The notes under the pieces: model-generated
Told to the model about the DNA's origin: nothing
Seen by the model: the letters and a program-made list of their open reading frames with translations, nothing else
Databases searched by the model: none
Shown here: one piece after another, positions 43,556-53,252 of the stretch
Layout: each line of letters starts with the position of its first letter
Numbering within the stretch: position 1 is the first letter of the stretch
Source of the DNA: Dehalococcoidia bacterium
Lineage (GTDB): Bacteria; Chloroflexota; Dehalococcoidia; GIF9; DYGU01
Length of the DNA stretch: 64,000 nucleotides
NCBI GenBank assembly: GCA_042408205.1
Contig: JBHOQK010000024.1
Coordinates: forward strand, 18,708-82,707
Direction of reading: 5' to 3'
Made by a program: the position numbers and the translations under genes

Positions 43556-45214
43556 ATGACAAAGAAAAGTCACCGCTTGGCTATAAGCGATGATATTGAA
43601 GTTTCGACTTATTTAGAAATCGCTAAAGAACTTCAGGGGGAAACAACCATAACTGAAAAGGAGCCAATACCTTCCTCAGGGTTAGAAACAATAGTTGTTA
43701 TCGATTTTGGCTCCCAATATAGTATGCTAATTGCCCGTCGGGTCCGGGAATGTCACGTTTATTGTGAACTAGTTCCTCATACTACTCCATGGCAAAAGAT
43801 AGCTTCCTTGAATCCTAAAGGGTTTATCCTTTCTGGTGGCCCAGCGAGCGTTTATGAGCCAGGAGCACCTTTAGCGCCTTCTTATGTTTATGAAAGTGGC
43901 TTACCTGTTTTAGGAATTTGTTACGGCATGCAAGTACTGGCTCATCAGTTAGGTGGACAAGTAGCTTCAGGAACAAAGCATGAATATGGACACGCTATCT
44001 TGTACTTGAGTGCTACCGATTCCCCCCTCTTTACCAATCTCCCTCCCTCACTGCCCGTATGGATGAGTCATGGAGACCAAATAATCAAATTACCTCCTGG
44101 TTTTCAAACGTTAGCCTATACTGACAATTCTCCCATTGCCGCTATGGGCACTACCAATATCTTTGGTCTGCAATTCCACCCCGAAGTAGTCCATACTCCC
44201 CACGGGAAAACAATACTTCAAAACTTTCTTTACCAAGTTTGTGGTTGCAAAGGTAATTGGACTCCCAGTAACTTTATTGCTGAAAGTATCGCCAAAATCA
44301 AACAACAGGTAGGGAAAGGTAAAGTTATCTGTGCCCTTTCTGGAGGTGTTGATTCAGCTGTAACAGCTACACTTATTCATAGAGCTATCGGCGACCAATT
44401 AACTTGCATCTTTGTCAACAACGGTCTGTTACGTCGTGAAGAACCAGAACGAGTTCTTAACACCTTCCAGCGTAATCTTCGTATGAATATAATTTATGTC
44501 GATGCCTCGGAAAGATTCCTGAAAAGATTAGAAGGAGTCATTGACCCTGAAGAAAAGCGTCGTATTATAGGTGAAGAATTTATTAAAGTCTTTGAAGAAG
44601 AGGCTAAGAAATTAGGCAAAGTTGATTTCTTAGCCCAAGGCACTCTCTATCCCGATGTTATTGAAAGTACAACTGCCCAAACGAAAGTTTCAGCCAAAAT
44701 TAAAACTCACCATAATGTTGGTGGCTTACCTACCCGCATGTCTTTAACTTTAATTGAACCATTACGCAATTTGTTCAAGGACGAAGTCCGACAGGTAGGA
44801 TTAGCCTTAGGATTACCTGAAGACATTATATGGCGACAACCTTTCCCCGGACCAGGATTAGCTATTCGCATTATTGGTGAAGTAACTAAAGAACGCCTTG
44901 AGATACTTCGAGCGGCTGACTGGATTGTAATGAATGAAATCAAAAAAGCTAAATTATATCGAGAATTGTGGCAAAGTTTTGCCGTGCTCACTAATGTTAA
45001 AAGTGTCGGGGTAATGGGGGATTATCGAACTTATGGATACTTGGTAGCCATTCGAGCTGTGACCAGTGAAGACGCCATGACAGCTGATTGGGCACACCTC
45101 CCTTATGAAATCCTGGCTCGTATTTCCAACCGCATTGTTAATGAAGTCCCGGGCGTTAATCGAGTAGTCTATGATATTACGAGTAAGCCACCAGCAACTA
45201 TAGAATGGGAATAA
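43556..45214 (+). CDS. guaA: GMP synthase (glutamine-hydrolysing)
   Basis: [32 protein letters not shown]; start at ATG behind AGGAGGT. Confidence 0.97.
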   Translation: MTKKSHRLAISDDIEVSTYLEIAKELQGETTITEKEPIPSSGLETIVVIDFGSQYSMLIARRVRECHVYCELVPHTTPWQKIASLNPKGFILSGGPASVYEPGAPLAPSYVYESGLPVLGICYGMQVLAHQLGGQVASGTKHEYGHAILYLSATDSPLFTNLPPSLPVWMSHGDQIIKLPPGFQTLAYTDNSPIAAMGTTNIFGLQFHPEVVHTPHGKTILQNFLYQVCGCKGNWTPSNFIAESIAKIKQQVGKGKVICALSGGVDSAVTATLIHRAIGDQLTCIFVNNGLLRREEPERVLNTFQRNLRMNIIYVDASERFLKRLEGVIDPEEKRRIIGEEFIKVFEEEAKKLGKVDFLAQGTLYPDVIESTTAQTKVSAKIKTHHNVGGLPTRMSLTLIEPLRNLFKDEVRQVGLALGLPEDIIWRQPFPGPGLAIRIIGEVTKERLEILRAADWIVMNEIKKAKLYRELWQSFAVLTNVKSVGVMGDYRTYGYLVAIRAVTSEDAMTADWAHLPYEILARISNRIVNEVPGVNRVVYDITSKPPATIEWE

Positions 45215-45240
45215 TATGCCAAGCTTAAAACCTCACAACT

Positions 45241-45309
45241 ATGGCACGCCGACCAAAACTAAAAGGGGTTAAAAGAACTCGAGGTAAACATAAAAAGAAG
45301 AAAAAATGA
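45241..45309 (+). CDS. Putative 22-aa basic peptide MARRPKLKGVKRTRGKHKKKKK
   Basis: Its TGA overlaps the purD ATG (ATGA); no clear SD of its own. Confidence 0.45.
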   Translation: MARRPKLKGVKRTRGKHKKKKK

Positions 45310-46571
45310 GGGTAATGGTTATTGGTAACGGAGCCCGGGAACACGCTTTGGCTTGGAAAATTAGCCAAAGCCCAAAAGTAAAAGAACTTTACGTTGTCCC
45401 AGGGAATGCCGGAACAGCTCTTATTGCTTATAACCTTAACCTGCGTCCCACTGATATAGAAAATATTGGCAGAGCCGCTATAGAAAAACAGATTGACTTA
45501 GTAGTAGTGGGTCCTGAAGCCCCTCTGGCTTTGGGTATTGTTGACCATTTCCAGAAATTAGGCATTCCCATTTTTGGTCCGACTAAGACAGCAACTCAGA
45601 TAGAATCAAGTAAGGTTTTTGCTAAAAAGCTTATGCAAAAATACAAAATTCCTTGCCCTCAGGGTATTACTTTTGACTCTTACACTGAAGCTCGCCAATA
45701 TCTGGAAAATCAAAAACCTCCCATTGTTATTAAAGCTGACGGGTTAGCTGCTGGTAAAGGCGTAACTGTGGCTAATTCTAAAGAAGAGGCTTTAACTGCC
45801 CTTTCCCAAATTATGGAGGCAAAAATTTTCGGCTCAGCCGGTGACAAAGTGGTTATCGAAGAGTGCCTCACTGGCAAGGAAGTTAGTTTACTTGCCTTTA
45901 CTGATGGAAATACCGTGATACCTATGGTGCCGGCTTGCGATTATAAGAGAGTTTTTGATGGTGACCGAGGTCCCAATACGGGAGGGATGGGAAGCTATAG
46001 TCCTCCAGGCTTTTTTAATGCTACCTTAACTCAGAAAGTAACAGAAACTATATTAACACCCGCAATTAAAGCTATGGCTAAGGAAGGCATGCCTTACAAA
46101 GGGGTTCTTTATGCCGGTTTGATGCTTACCCCAGAAGGACCAAAAGTGCTCGAGTTTAATGCCCGGTTTGGTGACCCAGAGGCGCAAGCTATCTTACCTC
46201 GCCTCAAAACCGATCTAGTAGATATTTTATTAGCCGTAGTTAATAACAAGCTTCATAGCATTAATATAGAATGGAGTGATGAAGTTTGCATTGGCGTAGT
46301 AATGGCGTCAGCGGGTTATCCGGGAAATTATCGCACTGGATACCCAATTGAAGGATTGGATAAAGTAGATAGAGAAATTTTGATCTTCCACGCCGGCACT
46401 AAACTGGGAGAGAACAAGAAAATATATACGGATGGTGGCAGGGTGCTTACCGTCACAGCTACCGGCAAAACTATGGCTGAAGCCAGAGCTAAAGTTTATA
46501 ATAATTTATCCCGGATTCACTTTGAAGGTTGCCATTATCGCACCGACATCGCAGCTCGAGAGGTGAACTAA
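45306..46571 (+). CDS. purD: Phosphoribosylamine--glycine ligase
   Basis: GAREHAL, KADGLAAGKGV, GPNTGGMG, EFNARFGDPE. Confidence 0.97.
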   Translation: MRVMVIGNGAREHALAWKISQSPKVKELYVVPGNAGTALIAYNLNLRPTDIENIGRAAIEKQIDLVVVGPEAPLALGIVDHFQKLGIPIFGPTKTATQIESSKVFAKKLMQKYKIPCPQGITFDSYTEARQYLENQKPPIVIKADGLAAGKGVTVANSKEEALTALSQIMEAKIFGSAGDKVVIEECLTGKEVSLLAFTDGNTVIPMVPACDYKRVFDGDRGPNTGGMGSYSPPGFFNATLTQKVTETILTPAIKAMAKEGMPYKGVLYAGLMLTPEGPKVLEFNARFGDPEAQAILPRLKTDLVDILLAVVNNKLHSINIEWSDEVCIGVVMASAGYPGNYRTGYPIEGLDKVDREILIFHAGTKLGENKKIYTDGGRVLTVTATGKTMAEARAKVYNNLSRIHFEGCHYRTDIAAREVN

Positions 46572-47030
46572 ATGCCATTAGTTAGTGTCATTATGGGTAG
46601 CCGAAGTGACGAACCCTTGATGCAACCGGCATTAGATTTGCTTAAGCAACTCGGTATTGACTTTGAAGTTTTGATTATGTCAGCCCATAGAAATCCAGAA
46701 AAAGTAAGAGAATATGCCTTAAAAGCAGAAGAGCGTGGAATAGAAGTTATTATTGCTGGCGCTGGATATGCTGCCCACCTTCCTGGTACCTTAGCCAGCT
46801 GGACAACATTACCTGTCATCGGTATCCCCTTGCCAACCAGCGAACTTAGAGGTATTGACTCCCTTTATTCCATTGTCCAAATGCCTGCTGGAGTGCCAGT
46901 TGCCTGTGTTGGTATTGGCACTTCAGGAGTTAAAAACGCCGCCCTCTTAGCAGCGCAAATCTTGTCCTTAAAACACGGTCAGATAAAAGAAGCCTTCCAA
47001 AAATATCGCCACAGTCTTAGGGAAAGTTAA
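46572..47030 (+). CDS. purE: N5-CAIR mutase
   Basis: MGSRSD, SAHR, AAHLPG, SIVQMPAGVPVA. Confidence 0.96.
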   Translation: MPLVSVIMGSRSDEPLMQPALDLLKQLGIDFEVLIMSAHRNPEKVREYALKAEERGIEVIIAGAGYAAHLPGTLASWTTLPVIGIPLPTSELRGIDSLYSIVQMPAGVPVACVGIGTSGVKNAALLAAQILSLKHGQIKEAFQKYRHSLRES

Positions 47031-47121
47031 CGCTTAAACAAAGAAAAGCCGAAGGTAAAAAGTTTATAATATTAAGCTAACCAAAATAGCCAGTGAAGGC
47101 AAAATCGAAGAGGAGGTGGCT

Positions 47122-48465
47122 GTGATTGAGCGTTATTCCCGTCCCCAAATGAAAAAAATTTGGGCAGAGAAAAATAAATTCGACAAATGGCTAGAGATAG
47201 AAATAGCTGTATGTGAAGCTTGGGCAGAACTTGGTGCTATACCCAAAGAAGCTATTCCTAAAATTAAAACTGCTTCTTACGATTTAGAACGTATTGCTGA
47301 ACATCTCAAAATTACCCATCATGATATGACTGCCTTCTTACGCTCTGTTTCCGAAAGCCTGGGTGAAGAATCCCGCTTTATCCATCTTGGGCTTACCTCT
47401 TCCGATATCATGGATACTGCTTTGAGCCTCCAGTTAGTGGAGGCATGTGACCTTTTAGCTCAAGATATTGATAAACTCATTAACGTTCTGGAAGAGCAGG
47501 CGATAAAGCACAAATATACCATTATGATCGGACGAACCCATGGGGTTCACGCCGAGCCAATTACCTTTGGTCTTAAATTGGCTTTGTGGGTGGAAGAAAT
47601 GAAGCGAAACGCCCAGAGATTGGCTGAAGCCAAAAAAGCCATTGCTGTAGGGAAAATCTCGGGAGCAGTGGGGACTTATGCTACCGTCCCCCCGGAGATC
47701 GAAGAAAAGGTTTGCGCTAAATTAGGACTAACTCCAGCTTCCATATCCAGTCAGATAATTCCACGAGACCATCACGCTCACTTTGTTACTACTTTAGCCA
47801 TTATCGCTAGTTCCCTAGAAAAATTCGCCACTGAAATTAGAAGTCTACAACGGACAGAAATTCGGGAAGTTGAAGAGCCCTTTGAACCTGGGCAAACAGG
47901 CTCCTCAGCAATGCCTCACAAACGAAATCCGGAACTATGCGAGCGTATCTGTGGCTTAGCTCGACTTATCCGTAGTTATGCTATCACTTCCTTAGAAAAC
48001 ATCGCTTTGTGGCATGAGCGGGATATCAGCCACTCTTCCACAGAGCGGGTTATTTTGCCTGATTCCTGCCTTGTTTTAGATTATATTCTTAACTTATTCA
48101 CTTCGGTAATGAAAGGACTTCAGGTTTACCCGGAAAATATGCGCCGTAACCTTGATATTACTCAAGGCTTAATCTTTTCCCAGAGAGTAATGCTGGCTTT
48201 GATTGAAAAAGGAGTAGACCGGCAAAAGGCTTATCATATAGTCCAAAGAAACTCCATGAAAGCTTGGCAGGAAAAAGTTCCCCTTTTAGACTTACTTAAA
48301 ACTGACCCAGAAGCAACTATTAATCTATCACCTCAGGAACTGGAGTCTCTTTTTAATTATGACTATTATTTGAAATATGTAGATAAAATTTTTGCTCGGT
48401 TAGGACTCAAAGAAAAGGAAAGAGCGCCAATAACCGTGAGCGAACTGGCTCCAAGAGCTGTATAA
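47122..48465 (+). CDS. purB: Adenylosuccinate lyase
   Basis: GRTHG, GSSAMPHKRNP; GTG start at 47122 behind AGGAGG. Confidence 0.96.
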   Translation: MIERYSRPQMKKIWAEKNKFDKWLEIEIAVCEAWAELGAIPKEAIPKIKTASYDLERIAEHLKITHHDMTAFLRSVSESLGEESRFIHLGLTSSDIMDTALSLQLVEACDLLAQDIDKLINVLEEQAIKHKYTIMIGRTHGVHAEPITFGLKLALWVEEMKRNAQRLAEAKKAIAVGKISGAVGTYATVPPEIEEKVCAKLGLTPASISSQIIPRDHHAHFVTTLAIIASSLEKFATEIRSLQRTEIREVEEPFEPGQTGSSAMPHKRNPELCERICGLARLIRSYAITSLENIALWHERDISHSSTERVILPDSCLVLDYILNLFTSVMKGLQVYPENMRRNLDITQGLIFSQRVMLALIEKGVDRQKAYHIVQRNSMKAWQEKVPLLDLLKTDPEATINLSPQELESLFNYDYYLKYVDKIFARLGLKEKERAPITVSELAPRAV

Positions 48466-48474
48466 GGGGTAACT

Positions 48475-49380
48475 ATGCTTCTCTCTGAAACTAATTTACC
48501 TCTACCTCTATATCGACGAGGTAAAGTTCGTGATACTTATGACCTTGGTGACAAGTTGCTCATAGTGGCTACAGACCGTATTTCTGCTTTTGATGTAGTC
48601 CTACCTAATGCCATCCCTAATAAAGGGCTGGTGCTTAATCAACTTTCCGCCTTTTGGTTTGAAAAGACCGCCCACCTCATGCCCAGTCATCTAATAAGTG
48701 TGGTTACCAGTACCAATCAAATCTCCTCGTATCTTCCTTCTGAAATCTGCCCAGATTACATTTTAGGTCGCTCTATGATAGTTAGGAAAGCCAAACGAAT
48801 ACCCATCGAGGCTGTTGTCCGAGGCTATCTCTCCGGCTCAGCCTGGGCAGAATACAAAGAAAAGGGCACTGTTTTTGGTCTTCCTTTGCCAGAAGGGTTG
48901 AAAGAGAGCCAGGAACTTCCTTCCCCCCTCTTCACCCCTACTACTAAAGCTGAGTCTGGGCATGATTTACCACTAATTAAAAAAGACTTAGAAAAATTAA
49001 TTGGCAAGGCTTTAGCTCAAAAAATTGAGCAAGCAAGTTTAACTATTTATAATTACGCCCGAAACTATGCCCAAAAAAGAGGGATTATTATTGCCGATAC
49101 TAAATTTGAGTTTGGTATTGTTGAGGATAAACTTATCCTTATTGATGAACTTTTAACTCCTGACTCAAGCCGGTTCTGGGACAAGAGCCAATATGTTGAA
49201 GGCAGACCCCAACCCAGTTTTGACAAACAACCAGTCCGTGACTGGCTTATAGCTTCCGGCTGGAATAAAGAACCCCCTGCCCCAGAGCTACCACCAGAAA
49301 TAGTCCAGCAGACATCACAAAGATATCAGGAAGCTTATCGTCGCCTCACTGGGAAGGAGCTACAGTTTGTATCTGGCTAA
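48475..49380 (+). CDS. purC: SAICAR synthetase
   Basis: GKVRD, DRISAFD, ADTKFEFG, TPDSSRFW. Confidence 0.96.
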   Translation: MLLSETNLPLPLYRRGKVRDTYDLGDKLLIVATDRISAFDVVLPNAIPNKGLVLNQLSAFWFEKTAHLMPSHLISVVTSTNQISSYLPSEICPDYILGRSMIVRKAKRIPIEAVVRGYLSGSAWAEYKEKGTVFGLPLPEGLKESQELPSPLFTPTTKAESGHDLPLIKKDLEKLIGKALAQKIEQASLTIYNYARNYAQKRGIIIADTKFEFGIVEDKLILIDELLTPDSSRFWDKSQYVEGRPQPSFDKQPVRDWLIASGWNKEPPAPELPPEIVQQTSQRYQEAYRRLTGKELQFVSG

Positions 49381-49621
49381 AGTCTATATAACCCTTAAGC
49401 CCACGGTTAATGACCCCCAAGGTTTAACTATCAAGGGGGCTTTGCATAATTTAGGTTATACCACTGTCAACAGTGTTCGCGCTGGCAAATACTTAGAAAT
49501 CCAGATTAATGAAAACGACCTTCATAAAGTCCATTCTCAAATCCAAGAGATGTGCCACAAACTCCTGGCTAATCCGGTGATTGAAAATTATCACTTCGAG
49601 CTGGAAGAAATCTCCACCTGA
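49367..49621 (+). CDS. purS: FGAM synthase subunit PurS
   Basis: LKPTVNDPQG, VRAGK, LLANPVIE. Confidence 0.95.
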   Translation: MYLAKVYITLKPTVNDPQGLTIKGALHNLGYTTVNSVRAGKYLEIQINENDLHKVHSQIQEMCHKLLANPVIENYHFELEEIST

Positions 49622-49653
49622 AGTTTCTGGACAAGTAAAAAGGAGGAAGATAT

Positions 49654-49990
49654 ATGATAAAGATGGACGAACTTGTAAGCACCCGATTTGAGGAAATATG
49701 TGAGAAATACCCTAATAATACAGCCTTAATTTATTTAGGTGAGAAATATTCTTACATGCATGCTTAATCACTCCGGTGCCGAAACTGTAATCTGTCAAGA
49801 TACGAATTTCAGCTATGTGAGGGAGGTTTTTCCAAAGACTGGTTTGAAAAGGGTTATTGTAGTAAACCTTGTTGACCTTCTCCCCTGGTGGAAGAAAATT
49901 ATTGGCACTCTTTTTGACAAAGTTCCCCACGGAAATGTTGATAAATCTTTGAAACTATTTAAACAGAAATCTATACTCCCCCTTTCCTAA
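49654..49990 (+). pseudogene. Remnant of a long-chain acyl-CoA ligase (N-terminal fragment, internal deletion plus frameshift, truncated)
   Basis: SD AGGAGG, then MIKMDELVSTRFEEICEKYPNNTALIYLGEKYSY (stop at 49765-49767). A second frame continues MLNHSGAETVICQDTNFSYV...KRVIVVNL and stops at 49990; no AMP-binding motif. Confidence 0.72.
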
Positions 49991-50007
49991 TTGTCAAGAT
50001 TAAGGGG

Positions 50008-50148
50008 TTATTTACTTTTTCTTAGTCTTTTCACAATAATATTGAGGTAAATTTCACGGAGGCTTTCGCCCCGAATTTGAAACTGGCGCCGAGTTTTCTT
50101 CTGCTCCCGACGCTCAGTTTTAGTCTTGATATCTTCGTTATCTGTCAT
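50008..50148 (-). CDS. Putative 46-aa small protein MTDNEDIKTKTERREQKKTRRQFQIRGESLREIYLNIIVKRLRKSK
   Basis: Start overlaps the acyl-CoA ligase stop (ATGA); open for 47 codons. Confidence 0.55.
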   Translation of the reverse strand: MTDNEDIKTKTERREQKKTRRQFQIRGESLREIYLNIIVKRLRKSK

Positions 50149-51704
50149 GAGGAGCCATATTGCTCGCGGAGAAGTCTCTTAAGGACTTTACCCATAGGAT
50201 TGCGAGGGAGAGCATCCACAAAGATAACGGAGCGGGGACGCTTAAAACTGGCTAATTTTTGGTGGCAGAATTCTATTATTTCTTCAGCGGTAGCTGTCTC
50301 TCCTTTTTTAAGAACCACTATAGCTCGGGGTTGCTGACCCCACTCCGGGTCTGGAACACCAATTACAGCAGCTTCTTCAATTTTAGGATGAGAGTAGAGA
50401 ACATTTTCTATCTCTTCAGGAGAAATATTTTCACCACCCCGAATAATAAGATCATCCCCCCGCCCAACAAGATAAAAATAACCCTCTTCGTCCCGATAAC
50501 CCATGTCCCCAGTGCGTAACCAACCATCTTTAGTCAGAGCTTGAGCCGTTTTTTCCGGGTCTTTCCAATAACCACTCATTACCCGAGGCCCCCGAGCTAC
50601 AATTTCGCCTACTTGTCCAGGCGGCAGTTCATTACCTTCTTCGTCCATAATAGTCATCTCTACATCCGGTAACGGTCTGCCTATGGAGGAAGCCAGCCTT
50701 TTTAGCTTCTTCTCTTTCTCCTCTTCGGTACCAGTGATAATATGGTCTTCAGGACCAAGAGCAGTAATAGTAGAGGCAGTTTCTGTCTGCCCAAAGGCAT
50801 TAATAAAGCGAACTTGGGGCATAAGTTCAATAGCTTTTTTGATAACTTCCAAAGGCATAGGAGCAGCCCCATAGGTAATAACTTTTAAACTGGAAAGATC
50901 ATATTTACTGAAATTAGGATGGTCTATAACCCATTTAAGCATAGTCGGGACAAGCATAGCTCGAGTTGCTCTTTCTTTCTCAACAGTTCTTAACCACTCT
51001 TCGGTATCAAATTGCCTCATTATAACCAAGGTTCTACCACCGTAAATAGCTGCCAGCAAAGCTTGTATTCCTGCCACATGATACAAAGGAACAGTAATAA
51101 GATTGGTCTCGCTAATTTCCGGACTTGCTGGCTCCACATTATTTAAAACATAAGAAGAAAAGCTATTGTGAGTTAAGGGCACTCCCTTGGGACGCCCAGT
51201 AGTACCTGCCGTATACATTAATATAGTAACATCGTTATCCTCTATTTCAGTAAAGACTTCTTCAGTAGAAGCCGAAGCCAGTAAGTCTTCATAATAAATA
51301 AAGCCATCACTCCTTTTATCTATAGAAATATAATTCTTCACTGAGTTAAGTTGAGGTCGCATAACATTTACCATATCAAGATAACGCTCCCCAACAAATA
51401 AAGTATTGGCCTCAGCATGATTAATCATATAAGTGAGTTCGTCTACCTTAGCTCTAAAATTTAACGGAACAAAAATGGCTCCTGTTTTTGCCGCAGCGAA
51501 ATAACTTTCCAGATATTGAGGACAATTAACCTGAAGAATAGCAAGCCGGTCACCCTTCTGGATTCCTAATTTGAGCAGAGCATTAGCTAAGCGATTTATC
51601 CGGTCATTTATTTGAGCATAGGAAAATCTTTTCCCTTCAAAAATAACACAATCCCGCTCAGGAACAATAGCTGTGGCAATACTAAGAAAGTCAACAGTAG
51701 TCAT
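50145..51704 (-). CDS. Long-chain acyl-CoA ligase (AMP-binding)
   Basis: YTAGTTGRPKG, FGQTET, RTGD, GGENISP, PRNPMGK. Confidence 0.93.
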   Translation of the reverse strand: MTTVDFLSIATAIVPERDCVIFEGKRFSYAQINDRINRLANALLKLGIQKGDRLAILQVNCPQYLESYFAAAKTGAIFVPLNFRAKVDELTYMINHAEANTLFVGERYLDMVNVMRPQLNSVKNYISIDKRSDGFIYYEDLLASASTEEVFTEIEDNDVTILMYTAGTTGRPKGVPLTHNSFSSYVLNNVEPASPEISETNLITVPLYHVAGIQALLAAIYGGRTLVIMRQFDTEEWLRTVEKERATRAMLVPTMLKWVIDHPNFSKYDLSSLKVITYGAAPMPLEVIKKAIELMPQVRFINAFGQTETASTITALGPEDHIITGTEEEKEKKLKRLASSIGRPLPDVEMTIMDEEGNELPPGQVGEIVARGPRVMSGYWKDPEKTAQALTKDGWLRTGDMGYRDEEGYFYLVGRGDDLIIRGGENISPEEIENVLYSHPKIEEAAVIGVPDPEWGQQPRAIVVLKKGETATAEEIIEFCHQKLASFKRPRSVIFVDALPRNPMGKVLKRLLREQYGSS

Positions 51705-51713
51705 TTGTTTTTT

Positions 51714-52487
51714 TTACTCCCTAGATAATTTATTTTTAACTTTTTCCATAATTTTGGTCATTACCTCACCAGCTTTGCCTCTAATAAGGACAGTCGCCTG
51801 AGCATCAAGAGGAGTAGGGCTTAGATTAATTATAATAAGCTTAGCACCAGCTTCTTTAGCATACATAGGTATAAAAGCAGCGGGATAAACAACTAAAGTA
51901 GAACCAATAACCATAAACAAATCACAATGACGAGAACGCGAAATAGCTTCTTTTAAAATTTTCTCAGGAAGAGGTTCACCGAAAAAGACAGCATCTGGCT
52001 TAATGATACCCCCACAGTGGGAACATTCGGGAGATTGGAAAGATTCTTTTAGTTTCTTAATAATGTCTTCCATGGGGAAACGCCGGTCACATTTAAGGCA
52101 TAAGGCTTGTCTCATATTGCCATGAAGTTCAAAGACTTTTTCTGGAGAGTTCCCGGCTTTCTGATGAAGGTTATCTACATTTTGAGTAACCACGCAATCA
52201 AGTTTCCCTAAACGCTCAAGTTCAGCTAAGGCATAATGGGCTGGGTTAGGCTGGGCATTAATCAAAAGCCCACTTTCAATTAGCATTCCCCAGATTTTGC
52301 GTCTTGTTTGGGGTTCCGTGACAAATTTTTGGAAGGTGAAATCTTCCGGGTCATATTTACTCCAAATACCTCCAGGACTACGAAAATCGGGTATGCCTGA
52401 CTCAGTACTAATCCCCGCCCCAGTAAAAGCCACCACTTTTCTTGACTTGACAATGAGCTCAGCAGCCTGATTAGCTTGGTAACTCAA
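51714..52487 (-). CDS. NAD-dependent protein deacylase (sirtuin, CobB/SrtN type)
   Basis: GAGISTESGIPDFR, TQNVD, HG, two CxxC, GSTLVVYPAA. Confidence 0.94.
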   Translation of the reverse strand: MSYQANQAAELIVKSRKVVAFTGAGISTESGIPDFRSPGGIWSKYDPEDFTFQKFVTEPQTRRKIWGMLIESGLLINAQPNPAHYALAELERLGKLDCVVTQNVDNLHQKAGNSPEKVFELHGNMRQALCLKCDRRFPMEDIIKKLKESFQSPECSHCGGIIKPDAVFFGEPLPEKILKEAISRSRHCDLFMVIGSTLVVYPAAFIPMYAKEAGAKLIIINLSPTPLDAQATVLIRGKAGEVMTKIMEKVKNKLSRE

Positions 52488-52505
52488 TTCTTGGATGTCT
52501 ATGGC

Positions 52506-53246
52506 TTAATCTCCTTCCAAATTAGCGATAGTTAAAGCTAAAGTAGCTAATTTTCTTTCCACTTCTAATCCCTGAAATAACGGTAAGTCTAGCCCTTGAC
52601 AAACAGCTTGCTTAACCCATCTTACCACGAAGGGATTGAAATTAGCAATCTTTCGAGCTAACCCGTAAGCAATAGATAAAAGTTCGCGCTTAGGAACGAT
52701 TTTATTAATTAAGCCTAATTGGTAAGCCTGTTGAGCATCAAGCCAGTTACCAGTAAAAAGCATTTCCAATGTTTTAGCTTTGCCGATTAGCCGAGGCAAA
52801 GTTTGAGTACCGCCAGCAGCTGGTATAATGCCTAATCCCGTTTCCGGTAAACCAAACCGGACATCCTCAGAAGCAAGCCTTAGGTCACAACACAAAGCTA
52901 TTTCTATTCCTGAGCCTAAAACATAACCATGGAGAGCCGCTATCAAAGGTTGAGGCAAACTAAGGAATAAACCCCAGACATCTCTCTCCCAGCGAACTTG
53001 CCGGGCAATGATTGGAGTTGGTGCTGTAAGGAATTCAGAGAGGTCAGCCCCAGCACAGAAAGCCTTTTCTCCGGCACCACTAAATATAGCTACTTTCACT
53101 TCCTTATCATCTTTAATAGCACCTAAAACCTGGTATAACTCATCTCGCATCTTGAGGTTATAAGCATTTAACACCTCAGGACGGTTGAGAGTAACCAAAG
53201 CGATATCATCTCTTTTTTCGTAAATTACAGTATCAAAGCCATTCAT
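52506..53246 (-). CDS. Enoyl-CoA hydratase/crotonase family
   Basis: AFCAGADL, GSGIEIAL, FGLPETGLG (both catalytic Glu present). Confidence 0.92.
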   Translation of the reverse strand: MNGFDTVIYEKRDDIALVTLNRPEVLNAYNLKMRDELYQVLGAIKDDKEVKVAIFSGAGEKAFCAGADLSEFLTAPTPIIARQVRWERDVWGLFLSLPQPLIAALHGYVLGSGIEIALCCDLRLASEDVRFGLPETGLGIIPAAGGTQTLPRLIGKAKTLEMLFTGNWLDAQQAYQLGLINKIVPKRELLSIAYGLARKIANFNPFVVRWVKQAVCQGLDLPLFQGLEVERKLATLALTIANLEGD

Positions 53247-53252
53247 AAAATT

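Noticed and set aside
43500-47121. Purine/ZTP riboswitch or PurR boxes in the guaA-pur intergenic regions
   Set aside because: The gaps are short and lack the conserved aptamer motifs
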